Below are positions 1 to 8,358 of a DNA stretch of 53,960 bases, piece by piece. The notes beneath the pieces were generated by a model. It was not told where the DNA came from. It did not search any database and worked only from the letters and a program-made list of their open reading frames with translations. Both the position numbers and the translations under genes were made by a program. The stretch is taken from positions 1 through 53,960 of the forward strand of contig JAZOBB010000053.1 in NCBI GenBank assembly GCA_045595745.1, given 5' to 3'. Positions within the stretch are counted from its first letter, which is position 1; each line of letters starts with the position of its first letter. The DNA comes from Clostridia bacterium. GTDB taxonomy: Bacteria > Bacillota > Clostridia > UBA1381 > UBA9506.

Positions 1-278
1 GGTGCTGTCATGCCCAAATATGTTATCGTTTCGCCGTAGTATTTAAAACAAAAGGATATAATTCCGTAAAATACAGAAAAAACGACTGATAAAAGCTGAC
101 CTAAAACATATCCCTTAGCGACAAAAATAAGTGCAGTAACACCGATTAATGATGAAATAAGTGTTAAAACATCTTCGCCCTTTGAAAGTATAAACGAAAC
201 TGTTATTACAATTGTGGATGTAAGCCAAAGAGCAAACTCAAATTTTGTTAAATCTTTAAACGGATTTTTAAATTTCAT
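1..278 (-). CDS. PnuC-like (nicotinamide riboside/NMN transporter family) membrane protein, N-terminal 92 codons; 3' end runs off the window
   Basis: Absent from ORF track because it is open at the window edge. Reverse ATG at 276-278, SD GGAGG (plus cctcc 283-287). Stop-free translation MKFKNPFKDLTKFEFALWLTSTIVITVSFIL..LIGVTALIFVAKGYVLGQLL..YYGETITYLGMTAP. Hydrophobic helices and the YYGE-ITYLGMT stretch resemble Firmicute PnuC-family proteins (recalled, not searched). Confidence 0.6.
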   Translation of the reverse strand, partial: MKFKNPFKDLTKFEFALWLTSTIVITVSFILSKGEDVLTLISSLIGVTALIFVAKGYVLGQLLSVVFSVFYGIISFCFKYYGETITYLGMTA

Positions 279-441
279 ATAACCTCCAAAAAAATAACAC
301 TCGCATACATATCTTCTAAGACCTAACGATATGCAAACGAATGCTTTTAACATTCAACCACCCGGTGGCAGTCGGCAATTTTTAGTTTGGTTATATATTA
401 ACATATATTATAATGTTTTTCAATACTTTTATCCAAATTTG

Positions 442-470
442 TTTACAAACATTAAAATTTATGGTATAAT
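442..470 (+). promoter_or_regulatory. Sigma-A-type promoter, TTTACA-17-TATAAT with TGn extended -10
   Basis: TTTACA 442-447, 17-nt spacer, TGG 462-464, TATAAT 465-470. A second TGGTATAAT lies at 584-592. Confidence 0.55.
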
Positions 471-625
471 AAACGCATTCTGCGTTTATTATATGCTCCG
501 CAGGAATTTATTGCACGTGCGAAATTTTCCTCGCACAGCTCGGAAACGCACATGTGCAATTATACCAAAATTCTTCGAATTTGTGGTATAATACAGAGCA
601 CAAAAAATTTAGGTGAGGTGAGCAT

Positions 626-3600
626 ATGCCTATTCCGAGAAATACTATAAGAAAGCTTGCGAGCAGTAATACTGTATATACTCAGGGGCTTGGATATTTA
701 ACGGGAATGAGTGTAAAAAATGCCGAGGTTTTAAACTCAGAATTTGTTGATATATATCACATAAAGGGCACGGTTACTGTCGGTAGCCGTTCGTATCATC
801 CAGAGGCTGAGATTGATGACAGCGCACAGGTGATTAACAGCTTTAATTGCGATTGTGCCGACTCAGAGAAGGCGGGTGCCTGCAAGCATGTGGTGGGACT
901 GTTGCTTACCTTAGAAAATCGGTTTTTTAATAAGAATATCAGTCGCAGAGCAGATAAAGACACAGAAAAAGAACAACAGAAAGAAAAAAATGAGGCACAG
1001 GCTCTTATTAATTCTTACGCAAGAAAAACTGTAAGGAAAACTCTGGCAGAGCAAGACCCGATTTTGGTAAAATTTTTGCCTATTCTGGATTTTAGTGAGC
1101 CTGACAACCTTAAGCTGTCGTTTAAGCTGGGCAACGAGCGAATGTATGTAATAAAGGATTTATCGGCTTTTTACAGCGATATGAAAAGCGGAAATGTAAA
1201 AGAATACGGAAAATATTTTTCTTTTTTGCATGATGAATCAAACTTTTCAGAAGAGTCGCGGGCATTTTTGCGCTTTTTTATGGCACACTTTGACAGCTGC
1301 GCAAAAGCTCAGTTTGCCGTGGGTGAAATGAAGCATATGAATATAACTCCCCATATGCTGGATGAATTGATAAAGCTTTGTGGCGAAAATATTATTACAG
1401 CAGAGCAAAAGTTAGAAATTAAAAAGCACAGCCCGCAGATGTGCCTTTATATAAAAAAATCAGGCAGCTCATATGTAATGCGGCTTTCGAACAGCGATTT
1501 CGTATTGCTTAAAGGATACAGTAGGCTTTATATAATACGTGACGAAAAGCTTTATGAGTGTGACGAAAGCTTTTCATGGGCTTGTTCTGAGTTTTTGACG
1601 CAGATATGTGTAAAAGAGCAACTAAGCATTGGCGAAGATGATATGCAAGCATTTTATAATAATGTTATTGTAAGCATTTTGCCGTTTATAAACATAAGAA
1701 CGTCAGAAGATTTAGAAGGCTTTATGCCTAAGCCTTTAGAGTCTAAAATTTATTTTGACCGAGAGCGCACTGGTCGCATAACAGCAAGGCTGAAATTCAG
1801 CTATGGCGATGAAGAATATGACGCGTATGATAAAAACAGAGAGCTCAAAACGGTGGGCAACCTTCGTGCAGAGTTGCTGGTTCAAACAGTTTTGGAACGG
1901 TTTATGCAGGGCATAGAAGAAGATAGCGGATATGCCTATATATATCGTGATGATGAAAAACTATATACACTTTTAACTGATGGCATAGATATCTTGCGCA
2001 AGTACGCTGAGGTTTTTGCTACTGAAAGTTTTAAAGGAATTAAGATTAAGACTGCACCCTCTGTCGGAGTGGGAGTAAGGCTTGATTCGGATTTGTTAAG
2101 TTTGAATATTTTGCTTGACGGCTTCGAAAGACAAGAGCTTGCCGGAGTGCTTGATTCGTATAAACAACGCAAGAAGTATCACAGATTAAAAGACGGCTCG
2201 TTTATAGATTTAAAACAAGGCTCGCTATCTGAGCTTGCGTCGCTTACAGCCGGATTGCATCTTGCGGCAGAATCGCTTTCTGACGAGATAATCGCAGTTC
2301 CGAAATTTCGCGCAATGTACTTAGACCGCGTGCTTAAAGAAAGTGCTCACCTGCATTATGAACGTGGTGGCGGATTTAAAGAAATGATAATGAGCATTCG
2401 TGATTCTCAGGATACGCATTATGCTGTTCCATCGAGTCTTAAACATATCTTGCGCAATTATCAGAAGCATGGCTTCAGGTGGCTTAAAACTTTGCTAAGC
2501 TATGGATTTTGCGGAATTTTAGCGGATGACATGGGTCTTGGAAAAACTCTTGAGGTAATATCATTGCTTTTATCTGAAAAAGAGGAAAAGAGTAAAGTGT
2601 CGGCTTTGGTAGTGTGCCCGTCATCTTTGGTATTAAACTGGGATAACGAAATTAAAAAATTTGCCCCTGAGCTTTCGTCACTTGCACTAATCGGCTCGGC
2701 TGAGGAAAGGGAACAAAAACTTGAACAAATTGAGAATTATGATATTGTAATAACCTCGTATGAGCTTTTAAAAAGGGATTTAGAAAGCTACAGAAAGCAT
2801 ATTTTTGATTTTGAAATAATTGACGAAGCGCAATATATTAAAAATTTCAGAACGCAAAATGCAAAGGCGGTAAAAGCGATTTCAAGCAAAAGCCGAATAG
2901 CACTTACCGGCACACCTATTGAGAACAGCCTGGCAGAGCTATGGTCTATTTTTGACTTTTTAATGCCTGACTTTTTGTTCTCGTATGCACATTTTAAAAA
3001 GAATTATGAGTCCCCTATAATAAAAGAAAAAGATGAAGATGCTTTAAATGACTTGCGTAAGATGGTATCGCCTTTTATTTTGCGAAGATTAAAAAGCGAA
3101 GTGTTAAAAGAATTACCCGAAAAAACCGAAACGGTGGTATATGCGCAGTTCGGTCAAGAGCAGGAAAAGATATATTCGGCAAATCTTGCCGAAATGAGAG
3201 CAGAGCTTGAAGAAGCTCTTAGCGATTCGGATTTTTCGAAAAATCGTTTTCATATACTTGCTATGCTTACAAGGCTTCGCCAGCTTTGCTGTCATCCGTC
3301 TTTGGTTTATGAAAATTATAAAGACCAAAGTGCTAAATGCGAAACCTGTATGGAATTAATTGAAAACTCGATTGAATCGGGACATAAAATTCTTGTATTT
3401 TCGCAGTTTACGTCAATGCTCGACATTTTGCAGCAGGAGCTGACTGAACGAAAAATTCCGTTTTATCTTATTGAAGGAGCTACAAAGCACGAAGAAAGAG
3501 TGCGTCAGGTCGAAAGGTTTAACAACGACAACACTCCTGTGTTTTTAGTTTCGTTAAAAGCAGGCGGAACTGGTCTTAATCTTACGGGGGCAGATATTGT

Positions 3601-3838
3601 AATTCACTATGACCCATGGTGGAATTTAAGTGTTCAGAATCAGGCATCTGACCGTGCTCACAGAATAGGACAAAAAAATCATGTGCAGATATTTAAGCTT
3701 ATAGTAAAAGACAGTATTGAAGAAAAAATATTAAAACTGCAAGAGAAAAAAGCAGAACTTGCGGACAGCATTATAAAAGAGGGTGACCAACTGCTTTCGG
3801 CAATGGACAAAGATGAGATTTTAAGGTTATTTGAGTAA
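626..3838 (+). CDS. SNF2-family DEAD/H helicase with N-terminal SWIM zinc finger (YwqA-like)
   Basis: 1070 aa. SWIM CxC..CxH (FNCDCADSEKAGACKH). Helicase motifs DDMGLGKT, DEAQYIKN, TGTPIEN and QASDRAHRIGQ. SD GGTGAGG before the ATG. Confidence 0.9.
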   Translation: MPIPRNTIRKLASSNTVYTQGLGYLTGMSVKNAEVLNSEFVDIYHIKGTVTVGSRSYHPEAEIDDSAQVINSFNCDCADSEKAGACKHVVGLLLTLENRFFNKNISRRADKDTEKEQQKEKNEAQALINSYARKTVRKTLAEQDPILVKFLPILDFSEPDNLKLSFKLGNERMYVIKDLSAFYSDMKSGNVKEYGKYFSFLHDESNFSEESRAFLRFFMAHFDSCAKAQFAVGEMKHMNITPHMLDELIKLCGENIITAEQKLEIKKHSPQMCLYIKKSGSSYVMRLSNSDFVLLKGYSRLYIIRDEKLYECDESFSWACSEFLTQICVKEQLSIGEDDMQAFYNNVIVSILPFINIRTSEDLEGFMPKPLESKIYFDRERTGRITARLKFSYGDEEYDAYDKNRELKTVGNLRAELLVQTVLERFMQGIEEDSGYAYIYRDDEKLYTLLTDGIDILRKYAEVFATESFKGIKIKTAPSVGVGVRLDSDLLSLNILLDGFERQELAGVLDSYKQRKKYHRLKDGSFIDLKQGSLSELASLTAGLHLAAESLSDEIIAVPKFRAMYLDRVLKESAHLHYERGGGFKEMIMSIRDSQDTHYAVPSSLKHILRNYQKHGFRWLKTLLSYGFCGILADDMGLGKTLEVISLLLSEKEEKSKVSALVVCPSSLVLNWDNEIKKFAPELSSLALIGSAEEREQKLEQIENYDIVITSYELLKRDLESYRKHIFDFEIIDEAQYIKNFRTQNAKAVKAISSKSRIALTGTPIENSLAELWSIFDFLMPDFLFSYAHFKKNYESPIIKEKDEDALNDLRKMVSPFILRRLKSEVLKELPEKTETVVYAQFGQEQEKIYSANLAEMRAELEEALSDSDFSKNRFHILAMLTRLRQLCCHPSLVYENYKDQSAKCETCMELIENSIESGHKILVFSQFTSMLDILQQELTERKIPFYLIEGATKHEERVRQVERFNNDNTPVFLVSLKAGGTGLNLTGADIVIHYDPWWNLSVQNQASDRAHRIGQKNHVQIFKLIVKDSIEEKILKLQEKKAELADSIIKEGDQLLSAMDKDEILRLFE

Positions 3839-3862
3839 AAAATTTAAAAGAGAGGTATTATT

Positions 3863-4363
3863 ATGCCTATTATCCATCCGTTCGGACCACTTTACGATTC
3901 GAACAGCAAAATTTTAATACTCGGTTCGTTCCCGTCCGTTAAATCGCGTGAGGAAAATTTCTTTTACGGGCATCCGCAAAATCGATTTTGGAAGGTTTTA
4001 GCAAATGTTTTAGACTGTGATGTTCCTGCTACAATCGACCAAAAACGAGCGATGCTTTTAAATAACGGGATAGCCCTTTGGGATTCACTTGCCTCGTGCG
4101 ATATAGTGGGGTCGGCTGATTCTACAATAAAAAATCCTGTGGCAAATGATTTGTCTCCTATTTTTAATGAGGCAAACATAAGGCTTTTGTGTTTTAACGG
4201 CAAAAAATCGGAAGAAATATATAATAAATATTCTAAAATTAAATATCCGGTAGAAAGTTGTTGCCTTCCTTCGACCAGTCCCGCAAATGCGGGATTCAGC
4301 CTTGAATGGCTTTCTGAGGCTTGGGGAAATGCAATTTTACCGGTTTTAAAAAATAAATTTTAA
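3863..4363 (+). CDS. Uracil-DNA glycosylase superfamily protein, DNA-deoxyinosine (hypoxanthine) glycosylase-like
   Basis: 166 aa. ILILGSFPS...GHPQNRFW...PSTSPAN pattern typical of the small UDG-superfamily hypoxanthine-DNA glycosylases. SD AGAGG. Confidence 0.7.
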   Translation: MPIIHPFGPLYDSNSKILILGSFPSVKSREENFFYGHPQNRFWKVLANVLDCDVPATIDQKRAMLLNNGIALWDSLASCDIVGSADSTIKNPVANDLSPIFNEANIRLLCFNGKKSEEIYNKYSKIKYPVESCCLPSTSPANAGFSLEWLSEAWGNAILPVLKNKF

Positions 4364-4380
4364 AAATTTTAAAAAAACTG

Positions 4381-4409
4381 TTTACAAATCAGTTTTAATG
4401 TGTTATAAT
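4381..4409 (+). promoter_or_regulatory. Near-consensus promoter TTTACA-17-TGT-TATAAT
   Basis: TTTACA 4381-4386, 17-nt spacer, TG at 4401-4402, TATAAT 4404-4409. Confidence 0.6.
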
Positions 4410-4415
4410 AATTTC

Positions 4416-4509
4416 CGAGTAGATATACTCATAAATTTACCTACCCCCCCTTTCATATAGTACCATAAACCGTGCCGGCGTTGCGATTGCAATGTCGGTA
4501 TTGTTTTTT
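4416..4509 (+). ncRNA. Candidate small RNA (~95 nt): 5' hairpin, unpaired C7 tract, intrinsic terminator
   Basis: Hairpin GAGTA-gata-TACTC 4417-4430. C7 tract 4444-4450. Stem CCGGCGTTGC/GCAATGTCGG 4475-4498 (two G.U pairs) followed by TTGTTTTTT 4501-4509. No RBS-preceded ORF. Confidence 0.45.
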
Positions 4510-4560
4510 ACCCATTTTTGGCGGTTTTATAAATAAAATGGAATTTTTTTAAAATATTAT

Positions 4561-4589
4561 TTGTAATTTGTGATAAAATATGTTACACT
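4561..4589 (+). promoter_or_regulatory. Putative nifJ promoter TTGTAA-17-TACACT
   Basis: TTGTAA 4561-4566, 17-nt spacer, TACACT 4584-4589, about 75 nt upstream of the nifJ ATG. Confidence 0.35.
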
Positions 4590-4664
4590 AATATAGTATG
4601 GGTTATCTGTACTTACTAAATTTAAGATTAAAATAATATCAAATATGACGAGGAGGACACAGAA

Positions 4665-7600
4665 ATGGCAAAAAAAATGAAAACTATGGATGGTAACTTT
4701 GCCGCTGCGCATAATGCCTATGCATTTACTGAAGTAGCGTCAATTTACCCCATTACTCCTTCATCTACAATGGCGGAATACGTAGACGAATGGAGCGCAA
4801 AAGGTCAGAAAAATATTTTTGGACAGACTGTTGATGTTTGCGAAATGCAATCAGAGGCAGGTGCAGCCGGTGCAGTTCACGGCTCTTTACAGGCCGGTGC
4901 GCTTACCACCACATTTACAGCATCTCAGGGACTACTTTTGATGATTCCGAATATGTACAAAATGGCGGGTGAGTTGTTGCCTGCAGTATTCCACGTAAGT
5001 GCACGTGCAATTGCAGCTCACGCACTTTCAATTTTTGGTGACCATCAGGACGTTATGGCTTGCCGTCAGACAGGCTTTGCTATGCTGGCATCAGGCAGCG
5101 TTCAGGAAACAATGGACTTAGGCGGTATTGCACATTTAGCTGCAATTAAAGGTCGTGTTCCGTTCCTGCATTTCTTTGATGGATTCCGTACTTCTCACGA
5201 GGTACAAAAGGTTGAGGTTATGGATTATAATGACCTTGCAAAATTAGTTGATTATGATGCAATTAAAGAATTTAAAGACAGAGCTTTAAATCCTGAGCAT
5301 CCTGTTCTTCGCGGTACTGCTCAGAACCCTGACATCTACTTCCAGGGAAGAGAAGCTTCTAATAAATATTATGAGGCGATTCCGGATATCGTTGCTGATT
5401 ATATGAAAGAAATCAGCAAAATTACCGGCCGTGAATACAAACCGTTTAATTACTACGGTGCACCTGATGCAGAACGTGTTATCGTAGCTATCGGTTCTGT
5501 ATGTGAGGCTATTGAAGAAACTGTTGATTACCTTAACGCAAAAGGCGAGAAGGTCGGTGTTATTAAGGTTCACTTATACCGTCCGTTCTCTTCAAAATAT
5601 TTCTTCGATGTACTGCCGAAAACTGTTAAGAAAATCGCAGTACTTGACAGAACAAAAGAGCCCGGCTCATTGGGTGAACCGCTTTATCTTGATATCTGCA
5701 ACCTGTTCTACGGAAAAGCAGATGCTCCGGTTATTGTTGGCGGACGTTTCGGACTTGGTTCTAAAGATACCACTCCGACTCAGATTGCTGCAGTTTACAA
5801 AAATCTTGAGGCGGATACTCCGAAAAACGGATTTACTATCGGTATCGTAGACGATGTTACAAATCTTTCTCTGCCGCTGGGCGAAAAAATCAATGCTGCT
5901 CCTGAGGGAACTACACGTTGTAAGTTCTGGGGCTTCGGCTCTGACGGTACTGTTGGTGCTAACAAAGACGCAATTAAAATTATTGGTGACAACACAGACC
6001 TTTACGCACAGGCTTACTTTGATTACGACTCTAAAAAATCGGGCGGCGTAACAATGTCTCACTTGCGTTTTGGTAAAAAACCGATTAAGTCTACCTATCT
6101 TTTGGATGAGGCTGACTACATTGCTTGCCACAAGCCTTCTTACATCTATCAGTATGAAGTATTAGAAGGACTTAAAAAAGGCGGTACTTTCTTGCTCAAC
6201 TGTGTATGGACACCTGAAGAGCTTGAAGAAAAATTACCGGGTAATGTTAAAAAATATATTGCTGAAAACGAAATTGATTTCTATATTATAAACGCTGTTG
6301 AAATCGCTTCTTCTATCGGCTTGGGCGGCAGAATCAATATGGTAACACAGGCAGCATTCTTTAAGCTTGCTAACGTTATTCCGATTGACGAGGCTGTTCC
6401 GCTGTTAAAAGATGCTATTAACCGCACCTACGGCAAAAAAGGTCAGAACATCGTTGATATGAACTGTCAGGCAGTTGACAAGGCTTTAGATGCTCTTGTT
6501 AAGATTGATGTTCCGGCAAGCTGGAAAGATGCTAAAGTAGAAGATGTTACATCTGACGGCATCCGTCCTGATTTTGTTAAGAAAATTGCAGATCCTGTAA
6601 ATGCTCAGCAAGGTAACAAATTACCTGTAAGTACATTTGTAGGCATTGAAGACGGTACCTTCGAGCAGGGAACTGCACGTTATGAAAAACGTACAATCGC
6701 AGTTAATGTTCCACAGTGGATTCCTGAAAACTGCATTCAGTGTAATCAGTGTTCTTTAGTATGTCCGCACGCAACAATCCGTCCGTTCCTTTTAACTGAG
6801 GAAGAGGCAGCTAAAGCTCCAGAGGGTATGGTTGTTAAAGATGCAAACGGACCTCAGCTTAAGGGTCTTAAATTCCGCATTCAGGTTAGCCCACGTGATT
6901 GCGCAGGCTGCGGTGTTTGTGCTCAGGTTTGTCCGGCTAAAGAAAAGGCATTGGTTATGAAGCCGGTTGACGAAATGGTAGAAAAAGAATCTGCTAACTG
7001 GGATTACACATCTGACCTTGAAATCAGAGATAATCTTATGGATAAAACAAGCATTAAGGGCTCGCAGTTTGCTCAGCCGCTCTTAGAGTTCTCGGGTGCG
7101 TGCGCAGGCTGTGGAGAAACTCCTTATATCAAGCTTATTACTCAGCTGTTCGGTGACCGTATGATGGTTGCAAACGCAACAGGTTGTACTTCAATTTGGG
7201 GCGGTAGTGCACCGAGTATGCCGTACTGCAAGAACAAAGAGGGTAAAGGTCCGGCTTGGGCTAACTCACTCTTTGAAGACAATGCAGAGTTCGGTTTAGG
7301 TATGGTTTTAGCTGTTAAAAAGGTTAGAAAGACCTTAAAAGAACGCATGGAAGAAGCAATTGAAGCTGGCATCCCCGCAAAGCTTGCTGATGCATTCAAG
7401 GCTTGGATTGCTGGCATGGATGATGCAGCAGCATCTAAAGCTGCAGCAGACGAAATTGTTGCTCTGTTAAAAGATGCTGACCTTTCATCTGATGCATTAA
7501 AAGAAATCAACGACCGCAAAGACTTCCTTGTTAAACGTTCACAGTGGGCGTTCGGTGGCGATGGTTGGGCGTACGATATCGGCTACGGCGGCTTAGACCA

Positions 7601-8183
7601 CGTTTTGGCATCGGGCGAAGATATCAATATCTTTGTTGTTGATACCGAGGTTTATTCAAATACCGGCGGTCAGTCTTCTAAATCTACACCGACTGCGGCA
7701 GTTGCAAAATTTGCGGCATCAGGTAAGAGAACTAAGAAAAAAGACCTTGGTATGATTGCTACAACCTATGGTTATGTATATGTTGCTCAGATTGCTTTAG
7801 GTGCTAATATGGCGCAAGCAATTAAAGCTATTAAAGAGGCAGAGGCTTATCCGGGTCCGTCACTTGTTATTGCTTATGCTCCGTGTATTAACCACGGTAT
7901 TAAGGCAGGTATGAACAATACCATCGGCGAAGAAAAGAAAGCTGTTGAAGCAGGCTACTGGCATCTGTGGAGATATGATCCGCAGCTCAAAGCTGACGGC
8001 AAGAATCCGTTTATTTTAGATTCAAAAGAGCCGACCGGAAGTGTTCGTGAGTTTATGGAGGGTGAAAACCGTTACCTCTTGCTCCAACGTTCGTTCCCGG
8101 CTATCGCAGAGCAGTTGTTCGATAAAGCTGAAAAAGACTTGCTCGAAAGATACGAAAACTATAAGAGAATGGCAAATAACTAA
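4665..8183 (+). CDS. nifJ: Pyruvate:ferredoxin (flavodoxin) oxidoreductase, single-polypeptide PFOR
   Basis: 1172 aa. Two ferredoxin-type CxxCxxCxxxCP motifs (CIQCNQCSLVCP, CAGCGVCAQVCP). TPP region GGDGWAYDIG. SD AGGAGG 4651-4656. Confidence 0.95.
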   Translation: MAKKMKTMDGNFAAAHNAYAFTEVASIYPITPSSTMAEYVDEWSAKGQKNIFGQTVDVCEMQSEAGAAGAVHGSLQAGALTTTFTASQGLLLMIPNMYKMAGELLPAVFHVSARAIAAHALSIFGDHQDVMACRQTGFAMLASGSVQETMDLGGIAHLAAIKGRVPFLHFFDGFRTSHEVQKVEVMDYNDLAKLVDYDAIKEFKDRALNPEHPVLRGTAQNPDIYFQGREASNKYYEAIPDIVADYMKEISKITGREYKPFNYYGAPDAERVIVAIGSVCEAIEETVDYLNAKGEKVGVIKVHLYRPFSSKYFFDVLPKTVKKIAVLDRTKEPGSLGEPLYLDICNLFYGKADAPVIVGGRFGLGSKDTTPTQIAAVYKNLEADTPKNGFTIGIVDDVTNLSLPLGEKINAAPEGTTRCKFWGFGSDGTVGANKDAIKIIGDNTDLYAQAYFDYDSKKSGGVTMSHLRFGKKPIKSTYLLDEADYIACHKPSYIYQYEVLEGLKKGGTFLLNCVWTPEELEEKLPGNVKKYIAENEIDFYIINAVEIASSIGLGGRINMVTQAAFFKLANVIPIDEAVPLLKDAINRTYGKKGQNIVDMNCQAVDKALDALVKIDVPASWKDAKVEDVTSDGIRPDFVKKIADPVNAQQGNKLPVSTFVGIEDGTFEQGTARYEKRTIAVNVPQWIPENCIQCNQCSLVCPHATIRPFLLTEEEAAKAPEGMVVKDANGPQLKGLKFRIQVSPRDCAGCGVCAQVCPAKEKALVMKPVDEMVEKESANWDYTSDLEIRDNLMDKTSIKGSQFAQPLLEFSGACAGCGETPYIKLITQLFGDRMMVANATGCTSIWGGSAPSMPYCKNKEGKGPAWANSLFEDNAEFGLGMVLAVKKVRKTLKERMEEAIEAGIPAKLADAFKAWIAGMDDAAASKAAADEIVALLKDADLSSDALKEINDRKDFLVKRSQWAFGGDGWAYDIGYGGLDHVLASGEDINIFVVDTEVYSNTGGQSSKSTPTAAVAKFAASGKRTKKKDLGMIATTYGYVYVAQIALGANMAQAIKAIKEAEAYPGPSLVIAYAPCINHGIKAGMNNTIGEEKKAVEAGYWHLWRYDPQLKADGKNPFILDSKEPTGSVREFMEGENRYLLLQRSFPAIAEQLFDKAEKDLLERYENYKRMANN

Positions 8184-8192
8184 AAATAATTT

Positions 8193-8231
8193 GGTGCCGT
8201 TTGTGCATATTGCACAAACGGCACTTTTTTT
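8193..8231 (+). terminator. Intrinsic terminator after nifJ
   Basis: 14-bp stem GGTGCCGTTTGTGCA / TGCACAAACGGCAC with loop TAT, followed by T7 at 8225-8231. Confidence 0.85.
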
Positions 8232-8288
8232 ATGCAATATGCACAAAAACCATAGAGCTTTTTCTAGCTTGGGATGGATAAGTTGTAA

Positions 8289-8317
8289 TAGACAATAATT
8301 TTTTTAAATGTTATAAT
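8289..8317 (+). promoter_or_regulatory. hyd operon promoter TAGACA-17-TGT-TATAAT
   Basis: TAGACA 8289-8294, 17-nt spacer, TATAAT 8312-8317 with upstream TG. Confidence 0.5.
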
Positions 8318-8342
8318 TTAAGAGGGTATTTGTGTGCAAAAA

Positions 8343-8358
8343 TGTGAAAAAATTAACA
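8343..8358 (+). promoter_or_regulatory. Candidate Rex operator TGTGAA-N4-TTAACA
   Basis: TGTGAAAAAATTAACA differs at one position from the TGTGAA-N4-TTCACA Rex consensus. The second half matches the clostridial TTAACAA half-site. It lies about 25 nt downstream of the -10. Confidence 0.4.

Noticed and set aside
331-591. 86-aa plus-strand ORF in the PnuC-like/SNF2 intergenic region
   Set aside because: It has no SD, is AT-rich with Y/N/F-heavy composition, and overlaps promoter elements and inverted repeats. It is more likely noncoding.
5286-6131. Several 65-154-aa alternative-frame and antisense ORFs inside nifJ (and similar ones inside hydB, hydA, polA, secY and others)
   Set aside because: They are fully embedded in long, well-supported genes, lack RBSs and have skewed composition. 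They are frame-shadow ORFs.
8201-8217. TTGTGCATATTGCACAA palindrome as a Rex operator
   Set aside because: The half-site spacing is 3 nt rather than 4, and the palindrome is simply the apex of the nifJ terminator stem.
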